This document shows positions 8,569-18,781 of a DNA stretch of 64,000 nucleotides, one piece after another. The notes beneath the pieces are model-generated. The model ran no database searches. It was not told the origin of the DNA and saw nothing but the letters and a program-made list of their open reading frames with translations. Source of the stretch: an uncultured Elusimicrobia bacterium (lineage in GTDB: Bacteria > Elusimicrobiota > Elusimicrobia > 2-01-FULL-59-12); contig OY969767.1 in the NCBI GenBank assembly GCA_963702895.1, positions 1,728,001 through 1,792,000 on the forward strand. Direction: 5' to 3'. Position 1 is the first letter of the stretch; every line of letters starts with the position of its first letter. Both the position numbers and the translations under genes were made by a program.

Positions 8569-9707
8569 GCCTTCGCAGAAGTCCTCTTCACGAATGGCAT
8601 GCGCGCTCGGGTGCCAAGCTGATTGACTTCTACGGTTGGGAGCTGCCGGTCCAGTATTCCAGCATCATGGATGAGCACACCAGCGTCCGCCATGCCGCTG
8701 GACTCTTTGACATCTCCCATATGGGCCAAATCATGATCGAGGGAAACGGCGCTTTCGAGTTCATTCAGAAACTGATCACCGGTGACCTGACCCGCACCAC
8801 GGAAAGGAACTTGGGAACCTATGGCCACATGTGCCTGCCCACAGGCGGCATCATCGATGACGTCCTGGTATACGGTCTGAAAGATGCCCGGCGTTATCTC
8901 ATGGTGGTCAACGGCGCTACTCACGCGAAAGATCTCGTGTGGCTGATGAAACATGCCACGCGTGATGTGGTGGTCACGGATCTGGCGGGCCGCGCCGGCT
9001 TCGCGGTCCAGGGCCCAAGGGCGCTCGCGATCACGAAGGACACGATTGCCGGTATCGCCGAGCTGCCGCGCTTTGCCTTTCAACAGATTCAAGGCGGAAT
9101 CCCTGATGAAACCTTCTGGGGATGCCGGACAGGTTATACGGGCGAAGACGGCGCGGAATTCTTCGGGCCGGCCAGGACCATTGTCGCACTCTGGAAACAG
9201 ATGCTGGAAATTGGCGCTCCGCAGGGGCTTAAGCCGTGCGGCCTTGGCGCTCGCGACACCCTGCGCCTTGAGGCCGGCTATCCTCTCTATGGCCACGAAC
9301 TCACCGAAGACCGGACGTCCCTTGAAGCGAACATGGAATGGGCCGTGAAATGGAACAAAGGAGACTTCATCGGGCGGCAGGCCCTCGAGAAACAGAAGCA
9401 AGAAGGCGTCAAAGATCAGCTCCTGGCCTACGAGCTGCTAGAGCGAGGCGTCCCCCGACAGGGAGCCAAGGTCATTCGAAATGGGGAGCCCTGGGGCCTC
9501 ACCACGAGCGGCACCTTTTCCCCCACTCTGCAAAAGGGCATCGGTTTGGCCTATGCCCCCGTTTCATGGAATAATGTCGGCGCTGTGCTGGAGGTAGAGC
9601 TTCACAACAAGCGTGTTCCAGCCCGTGTCGTTGCGCTGCCCTTTTACAAAGTCCGTCCTACGTCCGACGTTCGACGTCGGACGCCGGACCTCGGACGGGA
9701 GTCCTAA
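8526..9707 (+). CDS. gcvT: Glycine cleavage system aminomethyltransferase T
   Basis: GLFDISHMG, RTGYTGEDG, GLGARDTLRLEAG. Confidence 0.96.
   Translation: MTLSSQDVAPRTSDGLRRSPLHEWHARSGAKLIDFYGWELPVQYSSIMDEHTSVRHAAGLFDISHMGQIMIEGNGAFEFIQKLITGDLTRTTERNLGTYGHMCLPTGGIIDDVLVYGLKDARRYLMVVNGATHAKDLVWLMKHATRDVVVTDLAGRAGFAVQGPRALAITKDTIAGIAELPRFAFQQIQGGIPDETFWGCRTGYTGEDGAEFFGPARTIVALWKQMLEIGAPQGLKPCGLGARDTLRLEAGYPLYGHELTEDRTSLEANMEWAVKWNKGDFIGRQALEKQKQEGVKDQLLAYELLERGVPRQGAKVIRNGEPWGLTTSGTFSPTLQKGIGLAYAPVSWNNVGAVLEVELHNKRVPARVVALPFYKVRPTSDVRRRTPDLGRES
9652..9697. repeat. Inverted heptamer element in the gcvT C-terminus
   Basis: CGTCCTA CGTCCGA CGTTCGA CG TCGGACG CCGGACC TCGGACG. Confidence 0.8.
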
Positions 9708-9717
9708 GGAGATTAAT

Positions 9718-10107
9718 GTGAGCAACCGTCGCTATACCAAAAGTCATGAATGGATTCGCCTGGAAGGCAGCACCGCTTATGTTGGAATTTCAGACCACGC
9801 CCAAAAGGAAGTGACGGACGTCGTCTATGTCGAAATGCCCCCCCTCGGCAAATCTTTAAACGCGGGGGACGAGGTCACGACTTTGGAATCGGTCAAGGCC
9901 GCCTTCAGCATTTACGCGCCCGTCGCCGGCAAGATCTCCAAGGTCAACACGGCCCTCGAAGCCGATCCCGGCCTGATCAACAAATCTCCCTATGAGAACG
10001 GCTGGATTTACGCTCTTGAAGCGCCAAATCCCGCCCCGCTCAATAGCCTGATGAGCGAAGAACAATATCAGGATTTCCTCAAAAGCGGTGCGGTCGCCCC
10101 TTCATGA
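9718..10107 (+). CDS. gcvH: Glycine cleavage system H protein
   Basis: YTKSHEW, ESVKA lipoyl-Lys, SPYENGW; SD AAGGAG and GTG start. Confidence 0.95.
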   Translation: MSNRRYTKSHEWIRLEGSTAYVGISDHAQKEVTDVVYVEMPPLGKSLNAGDEVTTLESVKAAFSIYAPVAGKISKVNTALEADPGLINKSPYENGWIYALEAPNPAPLNSLMSEEQYQDFLKSGAVAPS

Positions 10108-10127
10108 GCTCGGCATGGCAAGACGCA

Positions 10128-10156
10128 TTGACAACTTTGGGACAGGGGTCTAAAAT
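10128..10156 (+). promoter_or_regulatory. Sigma70-type promoter
   Basis: TTGACA-17 bp-TAAAAT. Confidence 0.75.
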
Positions 10157-10268
10157 GGGGTTGAAGGAAGAAACACCCCCAAGGAGGTCATCCATGCGAA
10201 ACGACAGTTAGCCGCCACCGGAATAAATGACCGATGGCGCTCAAGCTCGAATGCAGAGGAGAGTCGCC

Positions 10269-10682
10269 ATGAATACCGCAGCCGTTTCATACGCCGCACC
10301 ATCCAACCGCCGGATCCAAAGTCGCCGTATCACCGCAGAACCCTACGCGCCTTACCATGCCATGGAAGAGGGGGTGCCCCGCTTCAAGGACCTCCGTTCC
10401 TTCGATCTGATGCCTGGCCCCATCATTGCGCTCAGAGCTCCAGGAATAGAGCGCCGGCAGCGTTTCGACAGGCGTCACAGGGTCGAAATCACCGCAAGAA
10501 GAGAGCTTGCGACAGGGTTTCATCCAACCCTTGTTGCGGCGATGGCCTTCTTGCTTGTGATGAGCTTCGCCACAACACTCTCGCGAACCCGCCGCAGCGA
10601 GATTCGGGCTCATGCTTATATTGACTTGGTTGTGCCCGTGTACGAGTGGCGAGGATTCCACCGAGTCCCGCGCACGCCGTAG
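10269..10682 (+). CDS. Hypothetical protein with one C-terminal TM segment
   Basis: SD GAGGAG before ATG 10269; hydrophobic LVAAMAFLLVMSFATTL. Confidence 0.55.
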   Translation: MNTAAVSYAAPSNRRIQSRRITAEPYAPYHAMEEGVPRFKDLRSFDLMPGPIIALRAPGIERRQRFDRRHRVEITARRELATGFHPTLVAAMAFLLVMSFATTLSRTRRSEIRAHAYIDLVVPVYEWRGFHRVPRTP

Positions 10683-10734
10683 CGTGAGCCAAAGACCGCT
10701 GGTTTTGGCGTCTTGAGAATCCCGACTGCCTTGT

Positions 10735-11283
10735 CTAGGAGAGGAAGCGATCAGCGTTGTGTCGTAGGGCCTGGCGCCCGTTACTCGGTCTCCCTCCCGC
10801 GTTCACATAGTCGCGTGACAAGAGAGCAATACCCAACGCGATAAGGACACCGAAGAAGTACCCTCCGATCACATCCGTCAGGTAGTGCACCCCAAGAGAC
10901 ACCCGGCTGTACCCCACCACCCCAACCCAGAGCATGGCGCCCAGGATACAGACGGGGCGCCACCCGCGGTGGCGCCGGGTGAGCAGCCAAACGAGAAGGA
11001 TGCTGAAGAGGGTCACCGACAACGCATGGCCGGATGGAAAGCCGAAGGAGTCGACCAGGAAACTTCCCGGCGGACGCGGCCTGGCAAAGAGCTCTTTGAG
11101 CCACGGCGTGAGGGCCGACCCGCAGACCGTCCCGACCACGAGAACCAGGGCTTGCCTTGCTTTGCCGGAGAACATCCAGAAGAGGCCGACCAGAGCCGCC
11201 CAGAAGGTGTTGGCCCGGCCGCTGGACAAAAGCGACACAAGCTCAAGCCATCGCTGAAAATCACCCACCGCCGGATTCGACAA
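10735..11283 (-). CDS. PAP2-family membrane phosphatase (start uncertain)
   Basis: KELFARPRP, FPSGH, SRVSLGVHYLTDV. Confidence 0.9.
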   Translation of the reverse strand: MSNPAVGDFQRWLELVSLLSSGRANTFWAALVGLFWMFSGKARQALVLVVGTVCGSALTPWLKELFARPRPPGSFLVDSFGFPSGHALSVTLFSILLVWLLTRRHRGWRPVCILGAMLWVGVVGYSRVSLGVHYLTDVIGGYFFGVLIALGIALLSRDYVNAGGRPSNGRQALRHNADRFLS

Positions 11284-11312
11284 GCCTTAAACGATCGGAG
11301 CAGAGCAACGGT

Positions 11313-11819
11313 TCATCGGGCCGCCTTCCAAATGCGCTCGAACTCACCTTTCAGGTGCTTGATAATGCGCTTGTCTGAGGTGAACCCTCCGACATCTTCC
11401 CCTTCGCTGCGGAGGTCGGTGCGGTTGTAGCTGGGAGTCGCCGCTTCGATACCATCGATGATAATGCACTTTTCATGGAGCACATCGAACTGCGCAAGCG
11501 AGAGGTTGCGGAGCGCGATTTTATTTTCGCTGAGGATCTTCTCGGCGGACGATGCTTCTGAAGACCGCTGCTTGTCCAGGATGACCCGGACCCGGACTCC
11601 GCGCTGACGGGCCTCAACGAGCGCGCTGGCGATCACCTCTGAACCCACCCCATAGACCAGCACATCGATGCTCTGACGCGCGCCCTCGATATGACGGATG
11701 ATCTCATCATGCAGGTCGCCTGTGGCGACGGCAGAAATCCACAAGCAACACGCCAGCACGAGGGCCCGGTAACGACTCTTCAAGATCCGAAGTGCCAAGC
11801 TCGACCCTTTCTCACGCAC
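11313..11819 (-). CDS. Exported single-HKD phospholipase D/Nuc-like protein
   Basis: SIDVLVY, RGVRVRVILD, HEKCIIID; usual GSxN replaced by PSYN. Confidence 0.8.
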   Translation of the reverse strand: MREKGSSLALRILKSRYRALVLACCLWISAVATGDLHDEIIRHIEGARQSIDVLVYGVGSEVIASALVEARQRGVRVRVILDKQRSSEASSAEKILSENKIALRNLSLAQFDVLHEKCIIIDGIEAATPSYNRTDLRSEGEDVGGFTSDKRIIKHLKGEFERIWKAAR

Positions 11820-11892
11820 CGAAAGGATACCGCTTTAGAGAACGCTTGGCCAGTGTGGTGATTCCAACGTAGCTTTATTTATGCGGGAGCGC

Positions 11893-12372
11893 TTAAGCGC
11901 CTTCGGAGGCCAAAAAAGAGCCGAGGTGCTGAATCCATTTCGCAGGAAGACGATGCGCTTTCGCGGCGTTCATGACGGCCTGAAGGTAGGAAGACGAGAG
12001 CTGAAGCGTTTTCAAATCGGCTTTGGCGTAGAGCAGAAGTGCGGGCGTCTCTTCCCCTTGTAAAGTCTGTACGGGCGCCAGGGAGAGGCTGTACTGTGCC
12101 GCATGGCCTTCTTTGAGCGCACCAACCGAAATTGTGTCCCCGGGATGCAGTTCATACCGGACGCCGTAGACGGAACTTCCCACGTCCGGCACCACGTTGA
12201 AAATGCCGCCGCGCCAATTCTTCGAATCGATATCACAAACCAAACGGTACCCTTTTAAGACCGCGGGCTGACTCTTGGCAAAACGCATCCGCTGACGGCG
12301 CCGGCGATCCTGCTGCAGGTTCAGCTCATTCAGATCCATATCCACGCCATACGCAAAGTAATAGACTTTCAT
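11893..12372 (-). CDS. Gamma-glutamylcyclotransferase-like protein
   Basis: YFAYG, VYGVRYEL, SSSYL pattern; TATAAT 9 nt upstream of the ATG. Confidence 0.75.
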   Translation of the reverse strand: MKVYYFAYGVDMDLNELNLQQDRRRRQRMRFAKSQPAVLKGYRLVCDIDSKNWRGGIFNVVPDVGSSVYGVRYELHPGDTISVGALKEGHAAQYSLSLAPVQTLQGEETPALLLYAKADLKTLQLSSSYLQAVMNAAKAHRLPAKWIQHLGSFLASEGA

Positions 12373-12601
12373 AAGGGAAACATTATACTCCGCCGCTGAC
12401 ACCCGCGGGGGATGACATCGCAGGAACATAGGACACCGTGTCCAGGCAAGTGTTCATTCTTGAGTCTATGCTCCGTCGGCCGTGGTCAGTGGTATGTGAA
12501 CGGCGGGGCAAGAAATGGGGCCATCAGGTGCGGACCTAGGCGGCATTCCATGGCCCATGAGGAGTAGGCCCTCAACGCTTCGCTCTTCCCCCATCCAAGA
12601 G

Positions 12602-12638
12602 AAGGCCTTCCTCAGAATTTGAGGAAGGCCTTTCTTTT
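12602..12638. terminator. Hairpin terminator downstream of the glutamine synthetase gene
   Basis: AAGGCCTTCCTCA-GAATT-TGAGGAAGGCCTT followed by TCTTTT on the plus strand. Confidence 0.65.
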
Positions 12639-12657
12639 GAGGATGGGTTATGGGTTC

Positions 12658-14814
12658 TTAGAACCCAAAGAGCATGTCCGCGTAGGACGGCACCGGCCAG
12701 AGGTCCTTTGGCAGGAGCTGCTCCAGCGCGTCGATATCCTCGCGCAGCGCCGCTTGGGCCGTGAACACCTTGTCGCGGAAGGCGTGGGCCTTCTTCTCGG
12801 TGTTCGAGGCCGCGTCGGCGACATCGCGCGCCGCTTCCAGGGCGGCGGTTTTCTTGATCGCCGAACCCAGCAGCTCGTTCACGCGGCCGAGCAGGGCGGC
12901 CTGAGCTGAAGCATCGGCGCCCGCGCTCTTGAGCGCGTTCACGGTATCCGCCAGCTCGCCGGTATAGGCGACCACGGCCGGGATGTACTGCGTCCTGGCC
13001 ATGCGGATGGCGGTCTTGGCCTCAATGTTGATGTGCTTGGCGTACATCTCCAAGTAAACCTCGAAACGGCTCTGCAACTCCCGCTTCGAAAACACCTTGT
13101 ACTTGCCGAAGAGTTGGTAGGCTTCCTTCGTGTTCAGTGATTCCAGGGACTCCACCCAGGACGGGACGTTGGCCAACCCACGTTTCTTCGCTTCGTCGAT
13201 CCACTCCGGGGTATAGTTGTTCCCGTTGAAAACCACGCGGCTGTGTTTCTTATAGATTTCTTTGACGATCCGCTGGGCTTCCTTGTTGACATCCTTTGCC
13301 GTCTCCAGGCGCGTCGCGATCTCGTCGAGCGCCTCGGCGGCGATGGTGTTCAGGACGACGTTCGGCCCGGAGATGGAGTTGGAGGACGCCACCGTGCGGA
13401 ACTCGAACTTGTTGCCGGTAAAGGCGAACGGAGAGCTGCGGTTCCGGTCGGTGTTGTCCTTGGGCAGGGCCGGCAGGTGGTCGACTCCGATATTGAGAAA
13501 GGTCTGGCCGCGGCCTTTGTATTCCTGCCCGGCCGCGATCGATTCCATGATCTCGGTGAGCTCGGCGCCCAGGAAGATCGAGATGATCGCCGGCGGAGCC
13601 TCATTGGCCCCGAGGCGCAGATCATTGCCGGGGTTCGACGCCGCGGCGCGCAGCATGGTGGGATGCTTGTCCACCGCCATGATCAGCGCGGAGAGGAACA
13701 ACAAGAACTGCTCGTTCTGGTGGGGGGTCTTGCCGGGATTGAGCAGGTTGTCCCCGTCGTCTGTCGCGAGCGACCAGTTGTTGTGCTTGCCGGAGCCGTT
13801 CACGCCGGCAAATGGCTTTTCGTAGAGCAGGCAGACCAGGCCGTGCCGGAGGGCGACCTTTTGCAGGGTCTCCATCACCAGCTGGTTGTGGTCCGCGGCG
13901 ACGTTGATGGTCTCAAACATCGGGGCCATCTCGTACTGCGCCGGAGCCACTTCGTTGTGCTTGGTCTTGGACGGGATGCCCATTTTCCAGAGCTCGATGT
14001 CCAGGTCATGCATGAACCGGGAGATCCGGTCCTTGATGGCGCCGAAATACTGGTCTTCCAGTTCCTGCCCCTTGGGCGGCGGCGCCCCGAAGAGCGTGCG
14101 GCCCGTGGAAATCAGGTCCAGGCGCTGTTCAAACCACTCTTTATCGATCAGGAAGTACTCCTGTTCGGGTCCCATCGTCGCCATGACCCGTTTGGACGTC
14201 TTGTTGCCCAGGGCGCGCAGAACGCGCAACGCCTGCCTGGAAACCGCGTCCATCGAGCGCAGGAGCGGACTCTTCTTGTCCAGCGCTTCTCCGGTATAGG
14301 AAACAAAGGCGGTGGGAATGGTCAAGGTGACGTTTCCGGCATCGTCCGTTTTCAGGAACGCTGGCGAGCTGCAGTCCCAGGCGGTATAGCCACGGGCTTC
14401 AAACGTCGCGCGGATGCCGCCGGAAGGAAACGACGAGGCGTCCGGCTCACCCTTGATGAGCTGGCTGCCGGAGAATTCGGCGATGGCGGTGCCGTCCTTT
14501 TGCGGCGTCAGGAAGGAGTCATGCTTTTCGGCGGTGATCCCCGTGAGCGGCTGGAACCAGTGCGTGTAGTGCGTCGCGCCGCGCTCCATGGCCCATTTCT
14601 TCATGTCGGCGGCGACGGCGTTGGCTGTGGCGACGTCGAGGGCAAACCCCTCGTCCATCGTCTTCTTGAGGGAGGCGAAGACGGTCTTGGAGAGGCGCTT
14701 GCGCATGAGCGCCTCGTTGTAGACATTGGCGCCAAAGGTGTTCCTCAAATCATGCGTGTGATCGACACCGTTGGTATGAATTTTTGTGGAGCGGCTCAGT
14801 GTGAGTTCGGTCAT
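12658..14814 (-). CDS. glnA: Glutamine synthetase type III
   Basis: [59 protein letters not shown]. Confidence 0.95.
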   Translation of the reverse strand: MTELTLSRSTKIHTNGVDHTHDLRNTFGANVYNEALMRKRLSKTVFASLKKTMDEGFALDVATANAVAADMKKWAMERGATHYTHWFQPLTGITAEKHDSFLTPQKDGTAIAEFSGSQLIKGEPDASSFPSGGIRATFEARGYTAWDCSSPAFLKTDDAGNVTLTIPTAFVSYTGEALDKKSPLLRSMDAVSRQALRVLRALGNKTSKRVMATMGPEQEYFLIDKEWFEQRLDLISTGRTLFGAPPPKGQELEDQYFGAIKDRISRFMHDLDIELWKMGIPSKTKHNEVAPAQYEMAPMFETINVAADHNQLVMETLQKVALRHGLVCLLYEKPFAGVNGSGKHNNWSLATDDGDNLLNPGKTPHQNEQFLLFLSALIMAVDKHPTMLRAAASNPGNDLRLGANEAPPAIISIFLGAELTEIMESIAAGQEYKGRGQTFLNIGVDHLPALPKDNTDRNRSSPFAFTGNKFEFRTVASSNSISGPNVVLNTIAAEALDEIATRLETAKDVNKEAQRIVKEIYKKHSRVVFNGNNYTPEWIDEAKKRGLANVPSWVESLESLNTKEAYQLFGKYKVFSKRELQSRFEVYLEMYAKHINIEAKTAIRMARTQYIPAVVAYTGELADTVNALKSAGADASAQAALLGRVNELLGSAIKKTAALEAARDVADAASNTEKKAHAFRDKVFTAQAALREDIDALEQLLPKDLWPVPSYADMLFGF

Positions 14815-14862
14815 TGGATGTCCCTTTCGTTTTTTCATAAAACTCAATCACAGATTCGTTGG

Positions 14863-14911
14863 TCCCCGACATAACACCGTTGGCGGGCCCACCCCAAAGT
14901 CTGCGGCGGGG
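14863..14911. repeat. Twin-hairpin REP-like element in the glnA leader
   Basis: Shares ACACCGTTGGCGGGC with 31110-31160; enclosed by a TCACAGATTC/GAATCTGTGA stem. Confidence 0.65.
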
Positions 14912-14996
14912 AATCTGTGAACGCCCTTGTTCAAAGATTGGTTTAGGATTGGTGCTGCGTGAAGCAAAGAGAGTCTACCAAACCCCCAGCCGAGGG

Positions 14997-15788
14997 TCAA
15001 GACGACCTGGGGAGGCCCCCATCCTCTCCGGCGCGCCAGAGAAGGACGGTCACGTTGTCGCCGGTGATGCGGCGAACGGCGTCCTGGATCAGATCCTGAG
15101 CGTCTTGGCCGTTCTGGATAGCCTGCGCGATGTGCTTGAGTTGACCTTCAAAATCAAGGTCGTCCCCATCCAGAACGCCATCCGTCGCGAGAAACACCCA
15201 ACTTCCCCTCCCCAGCGGCACCTTGAAGAGATCGGGTTGGCGATCCAGGATCCGTGAGAGTGTCCTATCCCCAAACGATCGGGACATCTGTAAGCCCGCG
15301 CCAGGGTCACGGGGATCCTCCAGATAGCCTCCCATGTAGCGCGCGCCGCGCTCAAGCGCCCGCGCGCGCTCTTTGAGATTACTGCGGGCGTTGTGGAGCG
15401 GCCCGATCCATAAGGGACGACCCGGCGCATGGACCACCACGGGAGAATCGCCCAGGATGGCCACATAACAAAACTCGGGATTTTCGGGGATGAAAACCGC
15501 CGACAAGGTTGAGCCGGATTCCTCGCTTTGCGTCTGGCGCTCCAGTTCCCTGAAGGTATCTTCCAGCGCGGCCAAGGGTTCCGAAGGATGAGCCAGACGT
15601 GCTCTTTCAAACAGGGGGACGATCTGTCCGGCAAGAACATCGGCGGCTTCAGGCCCGCCGTGCCCGTCCATCACGGCGCGCAGCGTTCCTGCGGGCGGCC
15701 CTGAGACCTTCGCGACAACATAACGATCCTGCTGCTCGGCCCGCATGCCTTGTGCCGTCGCTTGTGTCATACGGGGCGTGGAAGGCAT
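14997..15788 (-). CDS. PP2C-family Ser/Thr phosphatase
   Basis: QQDR, DGHGG, GDS, SRSFGD, ATDG, DNVT. Confidence 0.9.
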   Translation of the reverse strand: MPSTPRMTQATAQGMRAEQQDRYVVAKVSGPPAGTLRAVMDGHGGPEAADVLAGQIVPLFERARLAHPSEPLAALEDTFRELERQTQSEESGSTLSAVFIPENPEFCYVAILGDSPVVVHAPGRPLWIGPLHNARSNLKERARALERGARYMGGYLEDPRDPGAGLQMSRSFGDRTLSRILDRQPDLFKVPLGRGSWVFLATDGVLDGDDLDFEGQLKHIAQAIQNGQDAQDLIQDAVRRITGDNVTVLLWRAGEDGGLPRSS

Positions 15789-15871
15789 GGGAGAATCCTA
15801 GCATAGAGCGAGAGAGGGACAGTCCCTCGGGCTGTCCCTGGGATGTACGCTCTTGTATAATCCCGGACGTT

Positions 15872-17206
15872 ATGGATTTCACGCCGCACACCGACGCCGA
15901 ACGAAAAGAGATGCTGGCCGCCATCGGCGTCAAGCGCTTTCAGGACCTCGTTCGGGATCTTCCTCTGTCATCCAAGGAATGCGACATTCCCAGCGGCCTC
16001 TCAGAAGGGGAAGTGGTGCGGCTCGCCCTGGAGCTGGGCTCCAGGAACCAGGCGGCGCCCCGGCTGACGTCCTATCTCGGAGCGGGAGCCTACGATCATT
16101 TCTCCCCCGCCGCGATCTCCGCGCTCATGAGCCGCGGGGAATTCCTGACGTCTTACACGCCTTATCAACCGGAAGTCAGCCAGGGAACTCTGCAGACCCT
16201 CTACGAATTTCAAAGCATGATCTGCGAGCTCATGGCGATGGACGTGACCAACGCCGGCATGTACGAAGGCGCGAGCGCCCTGGCGGAAGCCGTGCTTCTC
16301 GCGCTTCGTGAAACCGGCCGCAAGAAGGTCCTGATCCCCCAGAGCCTGCATCCGGATTACCGCGCCGTGCTTTCGACTTATACGCTTGAGTCCGGCACGG
16401 AACTCATCGATATTCCCCATCAAAATGGGCAGCTGGACATGGCGTTTGTGGCCCAAAACCTGAACGCCGAAGTGGCCGCGGTCGTCGTGCAGAATCCAAA
16501 TTTCTTTGGCCTTGTTGAGAAAGCTGAACTCGTCGCGCCGCTTGCCCAGGCCGCGGGCGCGCTCTTGATCGCGAGCGTCAATCCCATCTCGCTGGGACTT
16601 CTCGCGCCGCCCGGCGACTATGGAGCCGACATCGCGGTCGCGGAAGGCCAGTCCCTGGGCATCCCTCCCGGTTTCGGAGGGCCGCTGTTAGGGCTTCTGG
16701 CCTGCAAAACCAAGTGGCTGCGCAAGATGCCGGGGCGGCTCGTCGGGCAGACGGTCGACGTGGACGGCAAGCGGGCCTTCGTGCTGACCCTTCAGGCGCG
16801 CGAGCAGCATATCCGCCGCGAAAAAGCGACCTCAAACGTCTGCACCACGACGGCCCTCATCGGCTCCTGCGCCACATTCTATTTGTCGCTCGTTGGCAAA
16901 CAGGGCCTGCGCGAGGTGGCCTACCAGAATCTGGCGAAAGCCAGGTATGCTTTTGATCAGCTAACCCATGTCCCGGGCGTACGCGCACCCTTCAACGCCC
17001 CCTTCTTCAATGAATTTGTTCTCCAGACCAAAGTCCCATCCGAGGTCCTGCAGCAGCGGCTGCTTGAGCGGAACGTGATTTCGGGCCTGCCGATCAAGAA
17101 ATGGTACCCGGACCTGGAAAACGCATCGCTGTGGTGTTTCACGGAGACGAAGACAAAAGCCGATATCGATTCTTTGGTGAAAGCGATGAAGGAGGTTGTC
17201 GCTTAG
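15872..17206 (+). CDS. gcvPA: Glycine dehydrogenase subunit 1
   Basis: YLGAGAYDH, YTPYQPEVSQG, REQHIRREKATSNVC. Confidence 0.95.
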   Translation: MDFTPHTDAERKEMLAAIGVKRFQDLVRDLPLSSKECDIPSGLSEGEVVRLALELGSRNQAAPRLTSYLGAGAYDHFSPAAISALMSRGEFLTSYTPYQPEVSQGTLQTLYEFQSMICELMAMDVTNAGMYEGASALAEAVLLALRETGRKKVLIPQSLHPDYRAVLSTYTLESGTELIDIPHQNGQLDMAFVAQNLNAEVAAVVVQNPNFFGLVEKAELVAPLAQAAGALLIASVNPISLGLLAPPGDYGADIAVAEGQSLGIPPGFGGPLLGLLACKTKWLRKMPGRLVGQTVDVDGKRAFVLTLQAREQHIRREKATSNVCTTTALIGSCATFYLSLVGKQGLREVAYQNLAKARYAFDQLTHVPGVRAPFNAPFFNEFVLQTKVPSEVLQQRLLERNVISGLPIKKWYPDLENASLWCFTETKTKADIDSLVKAMKEVVA

Positions 17207-17284
17207 CCGTCACCCCGGCGAAAGCCGGGGTCTATCAAATTTTCAAATGATGGATCCCCCACTTACAGCCGTGGGGGATGACGG
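17207..17284. repeat. Intergenic palindromic REP-like element (GTCAYCCCGGC..GATGAC)
   Basis: Terminal CCGTCAC/GATGACGG and two internal hairpins; second copy at 32848-32930. Confidence 0.75.
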
Positions 17285-17296
17285 TTGGACAACAAT

Positions 17297-18781
17297 ATGG
17301 AAAAACTGATCTTCGAAAAATCGCAGCCCGGGCGCAAAGGCTATCAGCTGCCGGCCTTGGACGTTCCCTCCATTGATCCGGCGACGGTTCTGCCCAAGGC
17401 GTCCCTGCGCCAGCATCTGGCGGAACTGCCGGAGGTGAGCGAGCTGGACGTCGTGCGCCACTACACGCGCCTTTCGCAGCTCAACTTCAGCATCGACACG
17501 AATTTCTACCCCCTCGGCTCCTGCACCATGAAGTACAACCCCAAAGTGAACGAGCAGGTGGCGAACCTCACCGGTTTTAAAGCCCTGCATCCCCTTCAGC
17601 CGGCCTCCACCGCGCAGGGGTTCCTGCAGGTGTATTACGAGCTCGAGCGCATGCTCGCAGAGATCTGCGGCATGGCGGAATTCACGCTTCAGCCTTCGGC
17701 GGGGGCCCATGGAGAGCTCGCCGGGCTCCTGATCGCGCGCGCCTATCACAAATACAAAGGGAACCCGCGCAAGACCGTGATCGTGCCCGACTCCGCGCAC
17801 GGAACAAACCCGGCTTCCGCCATGATCGCCGGCTACAACGTGGTCACCGTCAAGTCTGACGCCAAAGGCGCCGTGGACCTGGCCGCGCTCAAAGCCGCTT
17901 TAAACAGCGATACCGCCGTTTTCATGCTGACCAACCCCAGCACGCTGGGCCTTTTTGAGAAAAACGTGAAGGAAATCGCCAAAATGGTTCACGACGTGGG
18001 AGCGCTCCTCTATTTGGACGGCGCGAACATGAACGCCCTCGTCGGCCTCGTGCGACCGGGTGACCTGGGCTTTGACATCATGCACTTAAATCTCCACAAG
18101 ACCTTCTCCACACCGCACGGAGGCGGCGGACCGGCGGCGGGTCCCGTGGGGGTGAGCCAGGCGCTCACGCCCTTCCTGCCGGTACCGCGCGTTCGAAAGA
18201 GCGAGCAGGGCTATTCGCTGGAAGAGGCTTCCCCCCTCTCGATCGGCAAGATGCGCGCGTTTAACGGCAACTCGCTCATCCTGTTGCGCGCCTACACCTA
18301 TATCCGCTGCCTCGGCCGCGAGGGCATCCGCCGCAACACCGAAACCGCGATCTTGAACGCCAACTACCTGCGCGTGAAGCTTCGCGATGCCTATCACGTC
18401 GCGATCGACGAGCCCTGCATGCATGAATGCATTTTCACGGCGGCCAAACAGAAGCCGAAGGGTGTGCGAACGCTCGATATCGCCAAACGGATGCTCGACT
18501 ACGGCTATCATCCCCCCACCATTTACTTTCCGCTCATCGTCGACGAAGCGATGATGATTGAGCCTACGGAAACAGAGTCGAAGCAAACGCTCGATCAGTT
18601 CATCGAGACCATGCGCCTCATCGCCAAAGAAGCGGAGGAGACCCCTGACAAACTCAAGCACGCTCCTTACACGACCCCCGTCCGCCGGCTCGATGAGGTC
18701 AAAGCCGCCCGTGAACCGAACTTAAGGTGGAAACCGGCTCCAGCGCACGTCCGAAGTCCGACGTCCGAGGTCCGGGGTTGA
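17297..18781 (+). CDS. gcvPB: Glycine dehydrogenase subunit 2
   Basis: YPLGSCTMKYNP, SAHGTNPASA, HLNLHKTFSTPHGGGGP. Confidence 0.96.
   Translation: MEKLIFEKSQPGRKGYQLPALDVPSIDPATVLPKASLRQHLAELPEVSELDVVRHYTRLSQLNFSIDTNFYPLGSCTMKYNPKVNEQVANLTGFKALHPLQPASTAQGFLQVYYELERMLAEICGMAEFTLQPSAGAHGELAGLLIARAYHKYKGNPRKTVIVPDSAHGTNPASAMIAGYNVVTVKSDAKGAVDLAALKAALNSDTAVFMLTNPSTLGLFEKNVKEIAKMVHDVGALLYLDGANMNALVGLVRPGDLGFDIMHLNLHKTFSTPHGGGGPAAGPVGVSQALTPFLPVPRVRKSEQGYSLEEASPLSIGKMRAFNGNSLILLRAYTYIRCLGREGIRRNTETAILNANYLRVKLRDAYHVAIDEPCMHECIFTAAKQKPKGVRTLDIAKRMLDYGYHPPTIYFPLIVDEAMMIEPTETESKQTLDQFIETMRLIAKEAEETPDKLKHAPYTTPVRRLDEVKAAREPNLRWKPAPAHVRSPTSEVRG

Noticed and set aside
13243..14874. 543-aa plus-strand ORF and similar long antisense ORFs (6038-7150, 22173-23318, 58438-59358)
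   Set aside because: Antisense to clearly identified genes in GC-rich DNA.
14960..14985. Possible sigma54 promoter for glnA (TTGGTAGACTCTCTTTGCT)
   Set aside because: GG-to-GC spacing is 12 bp rather than the required 10.
15814..15840. AGGGACAG..CTGTCCCT palindrome as an operator between PP2C and gcvPA
   Set aside because: Cannot be distinguished from a small REP-like hairpin; single copy in the window.
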